64,000 bases of DNA from Mobula hypostoma (GCF_963921235.1 NC_086109.1:19346001-19410000), one strand, 5' to 3'; shown: positions 12,836-25,849, counted from the stretch's first letter. A program made the numbers and translations. The notes: generated from the letters alone by a model not told the origin.

Positions 12836-14069
12836 TGCTATCCTTGAGTTTGCTCTGTCCTTCGGTCAAATAATTGCTGATTTGCTCCTTAGTTCTATTT
12901 TGGTATCCTTTGGTCTGTATTCTCGATATCCTTGATAGCTTCTGGTCTTTTCCAATTTCCCTGGGATGCTTAAATCCACTTTTACAAATGGCCATTGGAA
13001 ATAAGTAGCTGATGCTGCTCAGAGTGAAGCTGATCTTACCTGGAGCCAGTTTTCTGTCTCTTCACATGCCTGGGTTAGTGCTGACAGCGAAGAATATTTA
13101 AGAAGTAAACATATTGTATTTAGGTGAGCTCTTGAAATGCCATGGCAGAATAGGTTACAGGCAATGTTTTTGGAAATTGAATTATTATAGATATATTATA
13201 TACATATCTCTATACATATAGAGAGAGAGAGATTGTTATATATTTGGTGGCTAAAGGGACATTTGATAGATATGGTTGGCCAAAGAGCCATTTTCCATAC
13301 TGTTTGACTTTATCTTCTGATGTCCATTTTAAAGGGACTAAAAAGAAAGCTCAAATCTGAATCATACAATCATTAATCACGACAAAGCTGTTTGCCTAAG
13401 TCTCTATTAATCTACAAGGCTACATTAAAAAAAGAAATTCTCTCATTCACATTCTTCCAGCATTTACAGACTCTATAAATAGCTTAGAAGCCTTTCTTCA
13501 TGCAAATTACCCTGGCAAACTAACTGAACCCTTTGGGTATTGAATTCTTAAATGCTTGTGATACATTAATAACAAAGTAGTATATTTGAAAATAACAGTG
13601 AAATTCCAATTAGAATACAACACAAATATTAGCTGTAATGTTACATAATTTATTCTGAATGAGCAATAATGCACATCATTCATTCTAGTTCTGCCACTCA
13701 GTTGTTATTATTTGATAACCTTGCTGTGAAAAAGTCACCTTCGTTAATCCTTAATGAAGAATTTTATTGCACATAATGACCCAGATCATTGTCATTGCTA
13801 TTGGCTTCCACTATTGAATTTATTAGCCAGTTTTAGAATGTTATTGCCTCCAGTCTCTATCCAGTACATTTCTTCTATGTGTGTGACCAAGAGTAGAAGT
13901 TTTGGCATGAAGCATGTCCCAAAAAAATGAACAGAGGGGATGCAGACCAATGGATTACCAGAATTGATTTGAAAGTGGAACCCTACTGTCACATAGCCCT
14001 ACTCTATAGAAGACTGTATCAGCTGATATTCATCCAAGCACAGCACTGGAAAAAAAAATATGGCAAAAG

Positions 14070-14175
14070 CTTGAGATTTGAAGCAAAATCAGAAAATGCT
14101 AGATAACAAGTCAGGAAGCGTCTGTGGAAAGGGAAACCGACATCATTTGGGTCTGCTACCCTTCATCAATACTAG
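14070..14175 (-). mobile_element. Penelope-derived tail repeat, old
   Basis: cagaaaatgctaga..gcgtctgtgga..cccttcatca is the reverse complement of the tail pattern seen elsewhere in the window. Confidence 0.5.
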
Positions 14176-14885
14176 AAGCAAAACCCAGATAATGAATTCA
14201 TAATTTGTTGCTGCACTGGCAGAATTTGGTTGCTACATTTCAAGCTTTAAAGAGATGTCATTGGTATGGAACCCTCTGAGAATCCTTCAGCATGGGGCTA
14301 GATAATTGCAAGAATTTCTTCCTGTTTATAATTAAAATAAATATGTAATTCTCGAATATCATTTTTCCTTCAGTCACTTGATCATCAGTGTTGACATTCT
14401 GTAAAAGTTCACGGATATATTTGTATATGTTCTCACTGACATTGGAACATTTTAACCTGAACATTCTCCACGGATCTAATCACTGCAGGTCCCATCAGGT
14501 TATTTTGACCACCCTTACTGATGCCTCTGGATTCCTTAAATTGCCTTCGTCACCTTGTGGCTTAAGTAGTGTTCTTCAGAAAGTGTTTGAATCCCCTGAT
14601 TTCTGTCAGGTACTGTAGTATTGAGCAGTGTGTTCAAAGCAAGTATTGTAATTGAGTGTGAACTGACATTATAGATTTTTCTTTAACTTTTAAAGTCACT
14701 TATCTTTCGTTTTTGCCTTAATTGCAGGTGAATCTCGGTAACTGGACTTTTGCTTTTGTCAGCCTTTTCTTTGATATTGTTCGTAATCAGCAGATCTGTC
14801 ATCTTTTATCTTTCTCTGCTTTATTAATCTGTGAGGAGGGAGTTTGCAAGGGATGGAGAATGGGTTGATGGATTTACGGTGGGAG

Positions 14886-15513
14886 GAGAAGATGGCGGCG
14901 CGACGCAGCTCGCAGCGGCCACTCCGGTGGTGATGTCTGTTATTTGTCAAGTAGGGTGCTGTGCACAATCCTGATTTGATGGAGACAGATGTGAGAGGAC
15001 GGAGGAACATCTGGTGAAACTTCTGAAATGCCTGCTTCGCTGCTGTTGCTACTGTGTGGTCCAGAATCAACAGAGGAGAAGGCCCCGAGTCCTCGGCTTT
15101 GCTTATTGCTCGGCGGCCGGGGCGGGGATCGAAGCACTCGGCAGAGGATGGTGCTTGGAGAGGCTGTGTCGGAGGGGCTGGTCGGAGGCTTGAAGTTTTC
15201 GGATGGACTCAGAGTCCGCTGCGGTTGGGTGCTTCCAATGGTGTTGCTGCATGAGGTGATGAGTCTATCAGGACTTTGAGACTCTTTTTTTACCATGCCC
15301 ATGGTCTGCTCTTTGTCAAATTATGGTATTGCTTTGCACTGTTGTAACTATATGTTATAATTATGTGGTTTTGTCAGTTTTAGTCTTGGTTTGTCCTGTG
15401 TTTTCTTGTGCTATCATTCTGGAGGAACGTTGTATCGTTTTTTAATGCTTGCATTTCTAAATAACAATAAACGAGGACTGAGTGTCCTCATAATCTAATC
15501 TAATCTAATCTAA
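14886..15513 (+). mobile_element. ~620-bp non-coding retroposon with (TAATC)n tail, copy 1
   Basis: Starts gaagatggcggcg; CpG-rich body; AATAAA, stem-loop gaggac-tgagt-gtcctc, then (taatc)x4; homologous to 53605-54235. Confidence 0.75.
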
Positions 15514-15954
15514 CTCTGGCTTCCTCTGGGTAGACAATCTGGAAGTGGAGGAAATGAATCAAGAAGTTCCATTGGCCAAGAATGCAACTGTCATCACAAT
15601 TTCAAGCAATCCTGGAATGTCTCAGAAGGCAACCATAAAAAGCTTTAAGTCCAAGTTCAAGTTTATTGTCATCTGACTGTACATATATACAACCAAATGA
15701 AATAGCATTCCTCTGGACCATGGTGCACCCACAAGACAATATCACACACAGCACATTAAAAAAAATTACCATAACTAATTTAACAAAATATAATTCAAAG
15801 TGAATGTGGTAGTGCAATACAGTAAATAATACACAGCTTGATGTCCTAGTGATGAGACCTCGATGGTGGGTAAAACAGTTCAATTAATCATTATGCAAAT
15901 CAAAATCATTTCCTTTTGAATCAAATTGGATTTGTACAAAATTGTGTCCTTAGC

Positions 15955-16355
15955 ATAGTCCTGATGCAGTGTCTTGCCGTGAAACAGCAGTGATTTTTTT
16001 CCCATCTGTAGATGCTGCTTCACCCTCTGAGTTTCTCCACTAACGTGTACTTTCTCCTATGAATTTCTTCAGCAATTTTGATTTTGCTTCAGTTTCCAAC
16101 ATCTGCATTCTCCTGTGTCTTCATCGTACTGCCTCACTCTCAGATAATCAGACAAAATTTGATACCATGATGCGCTTGGAGATGCCTTGCAAACAGAAAA
16201 GAAATTATGCTGCGTCAAGACCTGTCCTGAAGCGGGGTCTCAATGCAAAATGTCCACCTTATAGGACTTGCTTCCACAGCTGCTGTTTGACTCGCTGTTC
16301 TTCCAGCATTCTGTTTCTGTTCTAGATTCCAGCGTCTGCAGTCCCTTCTGTCTTC
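15955..16355 (+). mobile_element. Two decayed Penelope-derived tail repeats (~15955-16130 and ~16222-16355)
   Basis: Each begins with a degenerate gtcctga..gaaa motif followed by (gat)gctgc..ccagc..tctgca. Confidence 0.55.
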
Positions 16356-16659
16356 AGAAAGTAATTGTGATTAGGTCACCAGCTTATAGCTGCTTTCGTT
16401 GGATTTTTCAACACAATGTAGCCTTGGCATTTCTACATCCACCTGAGAGAGAAGAAGGAACCAATGTTTAATGTTATTATAAACTCCAATGATTTATCTC
16501 TAAACAATGTTTCCTAGTGGAATGGAGAAATGGCTGCTTTGTATTTCTTATGTCAGCTGCTGCACATGCTCTGTACAGTTCAGAATTTTCTTAAAGGGAA
16601 ATATGCCTCTTAAAGTGAGAGGAACAGTATAACATAACTATAATACATAGTGTGACAAG

Positions 16660-16770
16660 ACTTGACAGTGTGGCACTCACTCTGTACTGCATGGAATCTT
16701 AAACCTGAATATTCCTGCTCCACTTTCTGGAGTGGAACTTCATCTATAAATTTATGGCTAACAGGCTTGC
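16660..16770 (-). mobile_element. Ancient SINE relic resembling the Deu domain (SacSINE1/AmnSINE1-like)
   Basis: Reverse complement aagttccactccagaaagtggagca..catgcagtacagagtgagtgccacactgtc resembles the Deu-domain start as I recall it. Confidence 0.45.
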
Positions 16771-17639
16771 TAAATGTACAGCCACAGCCTAGTTTAATAT
16801 GACTAAATCACTAGCTTGAGGAATTTTTGTAATCTTGACTCCAAGCCCTACATGACTCAAGTTGGAAAATGCAGGAGTTCAATTCACACAAGCTCACATG
16901 TAGAAGAAAGAAAAGTTTTTCACCCAATAGTAGCTGCTTGGCTTCAAAGACTCAAGTTCATGAGGTAAAAAGCCAGTTTTTAATCCATCATTTCTCTCAA
17001 TTCCCAAAACAAAGCTAATTCTTAATTGGAAAAAGATAACATAACGTTTTACATGTTAAGTCTGGAAAGAAGAATGAAGTACATTTTTCAGTGAAGCTAA
17101 TCAGTGTGATAAGGGAGGCACAAAAGACAAGGTGCAGTAAGCAGACAGAAAAAATGATGCAGTATGCGAATCTGGGAGAAACATGCTGACAGTAATTACT
17201 AGCTGAGGATTGGTTTCACTCCTTGCACTGGCTGGAAAATACTCATCCCATCACCCAAACCCCCTTACCCCACCAGCTGTGGTTCATTACCAAGTGCAAC
17301 TTTTCCAACCTGAAGAAATATCCACTGTCAGAATGGAAATGACTGAACAAATACAGGGGAATAGTTTTGCTCAGAGGACAGTACCCTTGAAACATAAAGT
17401 TAATGATTCTGCCATGATGTCAAAAAGAAACAAAAGGGGAAGGATGTTGTGTCCACAGTAAAAGTACATCTGACTCACCAGTAACATTTTTATAACTCCA
17501 CAGACTCGCACAGTTACTTTTATGATACATTCTCCCACCCTGCCTTCATTTTTTTCTGGTGTCAAACATCAGCAATTCCTTCCCTCCCAATCAGATTTCC
17601 TTCAGCAGGTTGTTCTTTTTTGCTTCAGATTCTAACAAC

Positions 17640-18545
17640 TGCAATCTCTTGTGTCTCCATTCCTTTTCCCAGTTTCTTTTCCTCCTTCATATTTGTTCCA
17701 GTGATAAGGCCTTCCATTCTGGTGCCTCTTAAATGTCATTTTTCCCAAAACATGACTTCCCCTCTGACATCATGGCTGGAGTTTTCAACCACATTTCCTC
17801 TGTCTCCCACGCATCTGCTCTCGGCACCCCTCGGCAGGACAGGGAAAAGATATAGATCTTCATCTTAGGCATCACCAGCCTCCCTGCTCAATGCATTATC
17901 CTTCACAACTTCTGCCAGATACAACATGATCCCACCACCAGCCACATTGTCCCTTCTCCTCCCATAAGATCCCATTCTCCTGCCTTCTCCTTGTAACCTT
18001 TGACACCATTACAAATCAGGAACCTATCAACTTGTGCTTTAAATCTACCCAGCACCCGCTTCTGCATTTCACAAGAAGTTTGTTAATTAGAACTGAGGGG
18101 GCATTGTGAAATACAGAAAGGGGTGCTGAGTAGATTTCAAGCAATCGGTTGCAAGGGAAGAAGCCAGGAAATGGCACACTTTCCATTCAGTTGTTCACTT
18201 CCTACCATCCATTCTGCAGAAAAATGTCTTTCCAGGTGAAACAGCAATTCAGTAGTGCTCTATTAAATTCCGTGCACCATACTTGATGTTTGCATTGTGG
18301 TCTCCTCTACCACAGAGAAGCCAAATTTCAATCAAGTGACTGCTTTATTCAGGCCTCACTATAGATGTGGGAGCACCTGTTCTCACTCCGCAGGGGTGAT
18401 CCCATTCTTCTTGTCGCATGTCACTTTAATTCTCAATCCCACCCGCACTCTCACCTGGCTGTCTACGGCCTCCTTCACTGCTCTAGTGAGATCTAAAATA
18501 ACCTAACAACATCTTAGCCTCTGTCTAGGCAACATTCTAACCTCT
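17640..18545 (+). mobile_element. Old Penelope-like coding remnant (RT C-terminus and GIY-YIG region) with a small CR1 tail piece inside
   Basis: Degenerate IPFPSF..ICSSDKAFHS, IILHNFCQIQHDPTTSHI, FQVKQQF..CLHCGLLY. Confidence 0.65.
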
Positions 18546-18564
18546 GCACAGGAGCAACAATCGT

Positions 18565-20385
18565 ACCAGCGCCCGAGAAAAGCAGGTTGAGCTGCCTCAA
18601 CAACTGTCACCCAGTGGCACTCACATCTACTGTGATGAAGTGCTTTGAGATAGATAGATAGATATACTTTATTGATCCCAAGGGAAATTAGGTTTTGTTA
18701 CAGCTGCACCAACCAAGAATAGAGCATAAATATAGCAATACAAAAACCACAAACAATCAAACAACAATATGCAAACTATGCCAGATGGAAATAAGTCTAG
18801 GACCAGCTTATTGGCTCAGGGTGTCTGACCCTCCACGGGCGGAGCTGCAAAGTTCGATGGCCACAGGCAGGAACAACCTCCCATGACGCCCAATGTTGTA
18901 TCTCGGTGGAATATGGCCAGAGTCCAACAGCAAAAAGTTCAATAACCGGGCTACAAACACGTTCCTCGGTCGTAATGTGACCAGGATTGCGCCATCCGTT
19001 GTTAACCAGAGCAGCTCCTTTACACTTACCACTCTCAGTGCACTTCTGGTCAGCCCGAATGGTCTGGAAGCCCTCCATGGAAAAGTTTTGGTCGGGAATG
19101 TCCTCGTGCAACCCCTATGAGATGTTGGTCATGGTTAGAATCAACAAGGTCCTAAGCAAGGGACTAGACCCACTTCAATTTGCCTATAAACACAATAGGC
19201 CTACAGTAGATGCAATCTCACTGGCTCTCCACTATGTCTTGGATCTTCTGTTTATTGACTACAGTTCAGTGTACAACACAATGACACCCTCAGTTTTAAC
19301 CAATAAGCTTCAAAACTTGGGCCTCTCTAGCTCATTCTACAACTAGATCCTTGACTTCTTCACTGGGAGACCACAGTCTGTGTAGATTGGAAATAACATC
19401 TCTTTCTTGCTGACAATCAACATTGGCGCACTCAAGGGTGTGTGCTTAGTCCACTGCTGTACTCTCTCTCTACACCCATTACTGTGTGGTTAGGCAAAGC
19501 TCAGAGGGCATCTATAAATTCGCCAATAACACAAATATTTTGGCAGAATTTCAGATGGTGATGAGGAGGCATGCATGAGCAAGATAGATCAGCTGGTTAA
19601 ACGATGCTGCAAAAATAACTTTGCACTCAGTGTCAGTAAGACCAAGGAATTGATTGTGGACTTCAGGAAGGGTAAGTCAAGGGAACACATACAAGTCCTA
19701 ATCAAGAGATCAGCAGTGGAAAGGGTGAGCAGTTTCAACTTCCTGGGTGTCAACATCTCTGAGGATCTATCCTGGTCCAAACATATTGATGCAAATTCAA
19801 AGAGAAGGAATGAGAGTGCTTATATTTCATGCGGGCTTTGAGGGGAATCAGTACTGTATGTCACCAAGACACTCACCGATTTGTATAGACATACCATGGA
19901 GAGCATTCTAATTGGTTGCATCATTGTCTGATACGGTGGTGGTGGGGGGGGGGGACGACACTGCACAAGATCAGAGAAAGCTGCTAAAAATCGTAAACTC
20001 AGCACACTCCAAGTTGGGCATTTGCCTCTGCAGCATCGAGGGCAAGTCAGCATGCATCATCAAGGACCCCCGTCACCCAAGACATGACTTCTTCTCGTTG
20101 CTACCATCAAGGTACAGGAGTGTGTAGATGCACACTCAATGTTTTAGGAACAGCTTCTTCCCCTCCACCATCAAACTTCGAAATGAACAATGAACCTATG
20201 AACTGTAGTTCATTTTTTTTTCTTCTAATTTTGCACTACTTATTTAATTTTATATATGTAGTTTATATACTTATTGTAGTTTATAGTTTTTTATTATATA
20301 TAGCACAGGTCTCCTGTAACAACACAACAAATTTCATGACATGTGCCAGTGATACTAAACCTGATTCAGATTCAACTTCTGGAAA
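18565..20385 (+). mobile_element. Rex/Babar-type LINE 3' half
   Basis: VALTSTVMKCFE, LDPLQFAYKHNRPTVDAI, LFIDYSSVYNT, SKTKELIVDFRK, FLGVNISEDLSW; tail ending gattcagattc. Confidence 0.85.
18652..19117 (-). mobile_element. Short LINE derivative: endonuclease fragment joined to a 3' tail with (TATC)n
   Basis: TSD tgagat (18646-18651, 19118-19123); HEDIPDQNFSMEGFQTIRAD..VNNGW..VCSPVIELFAVGL; AATAAA and the repeat tail follow about 200 bp later. Confidence 0.7.
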
Positions 20386-20514
20386 ACTGTCCTCTGCCAG
20401 TTGGGGTTTGGATAAGTGAGTCGTGGCCATGCTGTGTTGGTGACAGAAGGCCAGTTTGCCTGAGTATCATTTCCCATTATCATGCTGAAGTCCCTTCCTC
20501 ACCCTGTTTCTTTA

Positions 20515-20835
20515 AACGATAGCACACTAGCGTCGCAGCTAATGCAACACTTTACAGAAGCCAGCTGTAAGATTGGGATTCAGTTGCCCTCGCAGCAGCC
20601 TGTAAGGAGTTTGTACGTTCTCCCCATGACCGTCGGGGTTTCCTCAGGGTGCTCTGGTTTCCTCCTACATTCCAAAGTCATGCATTTAGGGCTTGGGTTA
20701 GTGAGTCGGTGGCCATGCTGGGCGCGTGCCGGAAGAGTGGTGACACTTGCACGCTACCCAGCAGAACCTCCACTGATTTGATAGGATGAGAAATGTATGT
20801 TTCGATGTATATGTGAAAAATAAAGCTAATCAAAC
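20515..20835 (+). mobile_element. V-SINE (HE1-like) tRNA-derived SINE
   Basis: V-domain ggagtttgtacgttctcccc..gggtttcctcagggtgctctggtttcctcc. Confidence 0.75.
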
Positions 20836-23064
20836 TCTTTAAAAAATGCCACATGGATAGTCAGTACCCAACCTGGTCTGTCTCTATATTGCCTTTAGTC
20901 TTAATCCACATTCTTCCCTCACACCTCTGCTTTGAAAACTGTAAAACTTCCATCTTCTCCCCCAGTCCCGAGGAAGTATCACTGACTCGAAGCATTAACT
21001 GTTTTCACTTTCCACGGACAGGCTGTTTTTTTCCAGCACTTCCATTTTTGTTACATATCTGATATTTCCCTAATTTTTCTAGAGTTACAGTTGTTATTTC
21101 AAAAGATTGCTTCTGGTGTTTTAAGTTAAATAGCAGGGAACGGAATTTCAGGTGAATACCTAAACATTTATTTAAAGCAATTTTGGACCCATTCTTATGA
21201 TTCAGACGGAGGAAGAGAGCAAGTATCAAATCTTCAATGACTTCAGGAGAAAACTTTATAACAAGTGAGGTATTTTTAAAGTTCTCTAATAATCAGATTT
21301 TGCAGCTTTTTTTTAGACAGTAGAATTCCTTCGATCATGAAGCAGTCTTACTTTTGGGAATGCAAATAAGAATCAAGGAATCATAAAATGCCGAGATCTC
21401 ACTTCCTTTTGATATGTCAGGAAATATATGTGGATTTATTTTGTGAGGATTGAAAATGTTTGGATTAAATGATTAGCTGATGTGCAATTTCATTTCTTGT
21501 GTTTCCTTGCTGGATCCTTTCCTGAGGACAGAATAACGGTCACTAGCTGTCATCTTGTATCATACACAATACTCACATTAATCATTTAATGGCAAAATTC
21601 AACTATTCTGACAACGAAGAATCATTACCAGTTCCAACAACCACCAGCGCACCAGAACCTACACTGATTTGTCACCAATCTGACAAAGGAATTTTGATCT
21701 GAAATGGTTTATCTTCCCACAGATTGGACCTGATCTAGGAGCATTTCTAGTATTTCTTATTTTTATTTCCAATTTGTCAAGACATTTTTTAACAGCAGAT
21801 TCAACGTTTTAACTTACTTATCTAGAAAGAAAACAAAACAGTCACTGCATGGAACCCCACCCATTCAAAATCACACTGTCTTGACTTGGACATACTGTGT
21901 GTATATCATGGGACCCTAGAAATTCCTGCCTTGCAGTATTATGGGAGACCTTCACCACATGGGTCACGAGGAAGGTATATCACTACCATTTCAAAAGACA
22001 ACTAAAGGTGGACAATAGAGAACTTGCTGACATTTTCAGTAATACCCAAACCTCCAAATATTTTTTTTAAATTCATACCTCAATGTTGGGGGACCTTAAT
22101 ATGCTGGAAGTTGGAGAAAGATTCTAAAAGTTAAAATTCTATGCAAGTGGAAAATGCAGGAAGTTAGAATTCCATGCAGGAGGAAGATGCTGGAAGTCAG
22201 AATTCTATACAGGAGGAAATCTAAGAAAGGAAAAAACAAAGGAAGAGAGAAGCTAAGAAAGAAATCTTGATGACTGCAATTCAAAATCAGTGAAGAAGCT
22301 ATGAATAAAGTATATGTTTTGAAAGCTGTATTACAAAAAAAATGACAGTAATAAGATAGTAATTAATAATGGATTAGCAGTCCAAAGAACAGTCCAAATT
22401 CCATCCTAGTAGTTGGAAAATGTAGTTTAGTTTTGGAAAATGTTCAGGAATATGAAGTTGCCATCAGTATTACCCACTGTGAGGTCGAACTGTGACTCCA
22501 GTCTCAGATTTTCGTGATTAACTCTACACTGTGCTTCTTAAATGGCTGAGCAATTTACTCACAAGTTCAGGAAAATGCTTCACCTTCAGTTGGGTAAGGA
22601 CTAGAAGTGAAGACATTAACAACAACATTTATATCGAGCATGCATGTCACAAGGTTACTGAAGTTAGAGTCTATCCCTTTTTTCAATGACAGCTACTGTA
22701 CACACATGGTAGCAACAGGCAACAGTAATGTCAACAGCATTCAACACCTGCAAAATTCCTTTACCCAGATAAGACCAACAAGCTGCTCAGTCTACTCTTT
22801 CAGAAGGAGGCCCTAAACTTAGAAAGATGCTGCATAGTTCAAGGAGCTGATCCTCATTTGGAAAAGGGCAGGCATTTTGAGATTGCTATCTTCTTTCTGG
22901 TCCACCTTAAGAATTTTTTCTCCATCTACCTGCTCCCTTGCAAACTGCAGTCCTTCAGTTGTCTCCAAATCAGTTCTCAAGCCATGTGCATTTCTAAACT
23001 TCAGTGACTAATCTCTTGATGTTCTGGATTTTGATTTGACGTCTGAGAGACTCTAAATAATAAG

Positions 23065-24560
23065 AATCATAACCGGAATTGGGTTTACGATCACTTGCAT
23101 ATGTCATGAAATGTTACTTTGCAGTAGCAGTATATTTCAATACATGATTTGAAATATATATAAATTACAATAAATATACATATTTAAATAAATTAAAATA
23201 AGTAGGGCCAAAAGAGACAAATAAAGAATAAAAATAGTGAGATAGTGTACATGGGTTCATTGTCCATTCAGAAATCTGATGGCACTGGGGAAGAAGCTGT
23301 TCCAAAAATGTTGAGTGCATGTCTCCAGACTCCTGTACCCCCTCCTTGATGGTAGCAATGACAAGAAGTTAGATCTGGGGTGATAGGGGTCCTTAGTGAC
23401 AGATACAGCCATGTTGAGGCATCGCCTTTTTGAAGATGTCTGGGGGAGTATGGTGCCCATGATGGAGCTGGCTGAGTTTTCAACTTTCTACAACTTGTTC
23501 CAATCCTGCACAGTGGCCTCTTAATACCAAGGGGTGATGGAGCCATTTAGCATGCTCTCCACAGTACACCTGTACAAATTTGCAAGATTCTTCATGACAT
23601 ATCTAGTGTCCTCAAACTCCGAATGAAATATAGCTGCTGTCGTGCCTTCTTTGTAATTGCATCAATATGATTGGCCCAGGATAGATCCTCAGAGCTGTTG
23701 ACACCCAGGAACTTGAAACTCCTTATCCTCAATTCCTCGTTGCTGATCTCTCAGTGAGGACTGGTGTGTGTTCCCACGACTTCCCTTTCCTGAAGTCCTT
23801 GACCTTACTGATGTTGTGTGCAAGGTTGTTGTTGCAGCACCACTGAATCACCTGAACCTTCTCACTCCTGTGCACCTTCTTGTTATCATCTGAAATCGTG
23901 CCAACAGAAGTGTCATCAGCAAATTTATAAATGCCATATGAGCCATGCCTAGCCACACAGTCGTGGGTGTAGAGAGAGTAGAGCAGAGGAATAAGTACAT
24001 ATCTTTGAAGTACAGCAGTGTTGATTGTCAGCAAGGAGGTGACGTCACTTCCGATCTGCACTGACTGTGGTCTCCCAATGAGGAAGTCAAGAATCCAGCT
24101 GCAGAGGGAGGTTGTTGATTTGTACTGAGGCTGTGATGGTGTCGAACGCTGAGCTGTAATCAATGAACAGCAGCCTGATGTAGATATTGCTGCTGTTCAG
24201 GTGATCCAAGGCCAAGTGGAGAGCCAGTGAGACTGCATCCACTGTAGAGCTATTGTGGCGATAGGCAAATTGCAGCAGGTCCAGGTCCCCACATAGGCAT
24301 TATGGCCATGACTAACCTCTCAAAGAACTTAATGACGTTAGATGTGAATGCAACTGGGTGATGGTCTTTGAGGCATCTCGCCCTGTTATTCTTGGGCAAT
24401 CATATGATTGTCGCCCTTTTGAAGCAGGTGGGAATCTCCAACTGCAGCAATGGGAGATTGAAGATGCCCTTGCACACTATAGTGCCAGTTGCTTGGCACA
24501 GATTTTTTGTGCGCTGCCAAGTACACCATCAGCACCTGACACCTTGCAAAGGTTCACCCC
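23065..24560 (-). mobile_element. Rex/Babar-type LINE 3' half
   Basis: CSWILDFLIGRPQSV..LLYSLYTHDCVA..YKFADDT; RRGYRSL..NSFFPSAIRFLN. Confidence 0.85.
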
Positions 24561-25215
24561 CCTCCCCCAATGGAAGATATTCCAACATTCGGTGTTCTTG
24601 TACATCAGTCACTGAAAGCAAGCATGCATGTACAGCAGGCAGTGAAGAAAGCTAATGGTCTGCTGGCCTTCATAACAAGGCAAATTGAGTATAGGAGCAA
24701 AGAGGTCCTTCTGCAGCTGTACAAGACCCTGATGAGACCACACCTGGAGTATTGTGTGCAGTTTTGGTCTCCAAATTTGAGGAAGGACACTCTTACTATT
24801 GAGGGAGTGCAACGTAGGTTCAAAAGGTTAATTCCCGGGATGGTGGGACTGTTATATGTTGAAAGATTGGAGCGACTGGGCTTGTATACACTGGAATTTA
24901 GAAGGATGAGAAGGGATCTGATTGAAACATATAAGATTATTAAGGGATTGGACACGCTGGAGGCAGGAAGCATGTTCCCGCTGATGGGTGAGTCCAGAAC
25001 CAGAGGCCACAGTTTAAGAATTAGGGGTAGGCCATTTAGAACGGAGTTGATGAAAAACTTTTTCACCCAGAGAGTGGTGGATATGTGGAATGCTCTGCCC
25101 CAGAAGGCAGTGGAGACCAAGTCTCTGGACGCTTTCAAGAAAGAGATGGATATACTCTTAAAGATAGCGGAATCAAAGGTTATGAGGATAAGGCAGGAAC
25201 TGGATACTGATTGTG
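24560..25215 (+). mobile_element. CR1 3' fragment (RT thumb)
   Basis: LYKTLMRPHLEYCVQFWSP..ERLERLGLYTLEFRRMRRDLIETYKI..NFFTQRVVDMWNALP. Confidence 0.9.
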
Positions 25216-25279
25216 GATATTGTGATATTCATTATCTACTGATTGTGATTGTGATATTCATTATCTAGTGGGCGTACTC

Positions 25280-25840
25280 AATAAATCCATAGTAGAATAA
25301 TAACCACAATAGAATGAATGAATGACTACACCTACAGGGCATTCAAACAGTGTGAAAAAGACAACAAACTGTGCAAATACAAATAGAATGAAATATAAAT
25401 AAAAAACAAACAAACAAATAAATAAGCATTAAATATCAAGAACAAGAGATAAAGAGTACTTGAAAGCAAGTCCATTGGTTTTGGGAACATTTCAGTGATG
25501 AGGCAAGTGAAGTTGAGTGAAGTTATCACCTTTGGTTCAAGCCTGATGGTTGAGATCTAATAACTGTTCCTGAACCTAAGGCAACTGGACCTTCTTCCTG
25601 ATGGCAGCAGTGAGAAGAAAGCATAACTTGGGTGGTGGGGGTCCTTGATGATGGATGCTGCTTTCCTGCGGCAATGCTTTGTGTCAATGTGCTCAATGGC
25701 GGGGAGGACGTTACCTGGGATGGACTAGGCTATATCCACTACTTTTTGTACAATTTTCCATTCAAGGACATTGGTGTTTTCATACCAGGCTGTGATGCAA
25801 CCAGTCAATATACTCTCCACTACACATCTATAGAAGTTAG
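25280..25840 (-). mobile_element. Rex/Babar-type LINE 3' end
   Basis: Similar to 9916-10190 (tccactactttttg..gcaaccagtcaata). Confidence 0.7.
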
Positions 25841-25849
25841 TCATGCCAA

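Noticed and set aside
14258..14464. Possible terminal exon on the minus strand (acceptor near 14323)
   Set aside because: The segment resembles an old SINE tail on the plus strand and all frames stop quickly
14940..15302. Overlapping ORFs in a GC-rich stretch read as a CpG-island gene start
   Set aside because: They lie inside a repeat with a second copy at 53.6 kb, and the frames are not evidently shared
20515..20600. tRNA genes at SINE heads (also ~29080-29135 and ~26100-26160)
   Set aside because: Degenerate A/B boxes with no cloverleaf, attached to V-SINE bodies
24605..25138. Minus-strand ORFs opposite CR1 thumb regions (also 40713-41180 minus and 28244-28864 plus)
   Set aside because: Antisense shadows of CR1 ORF2
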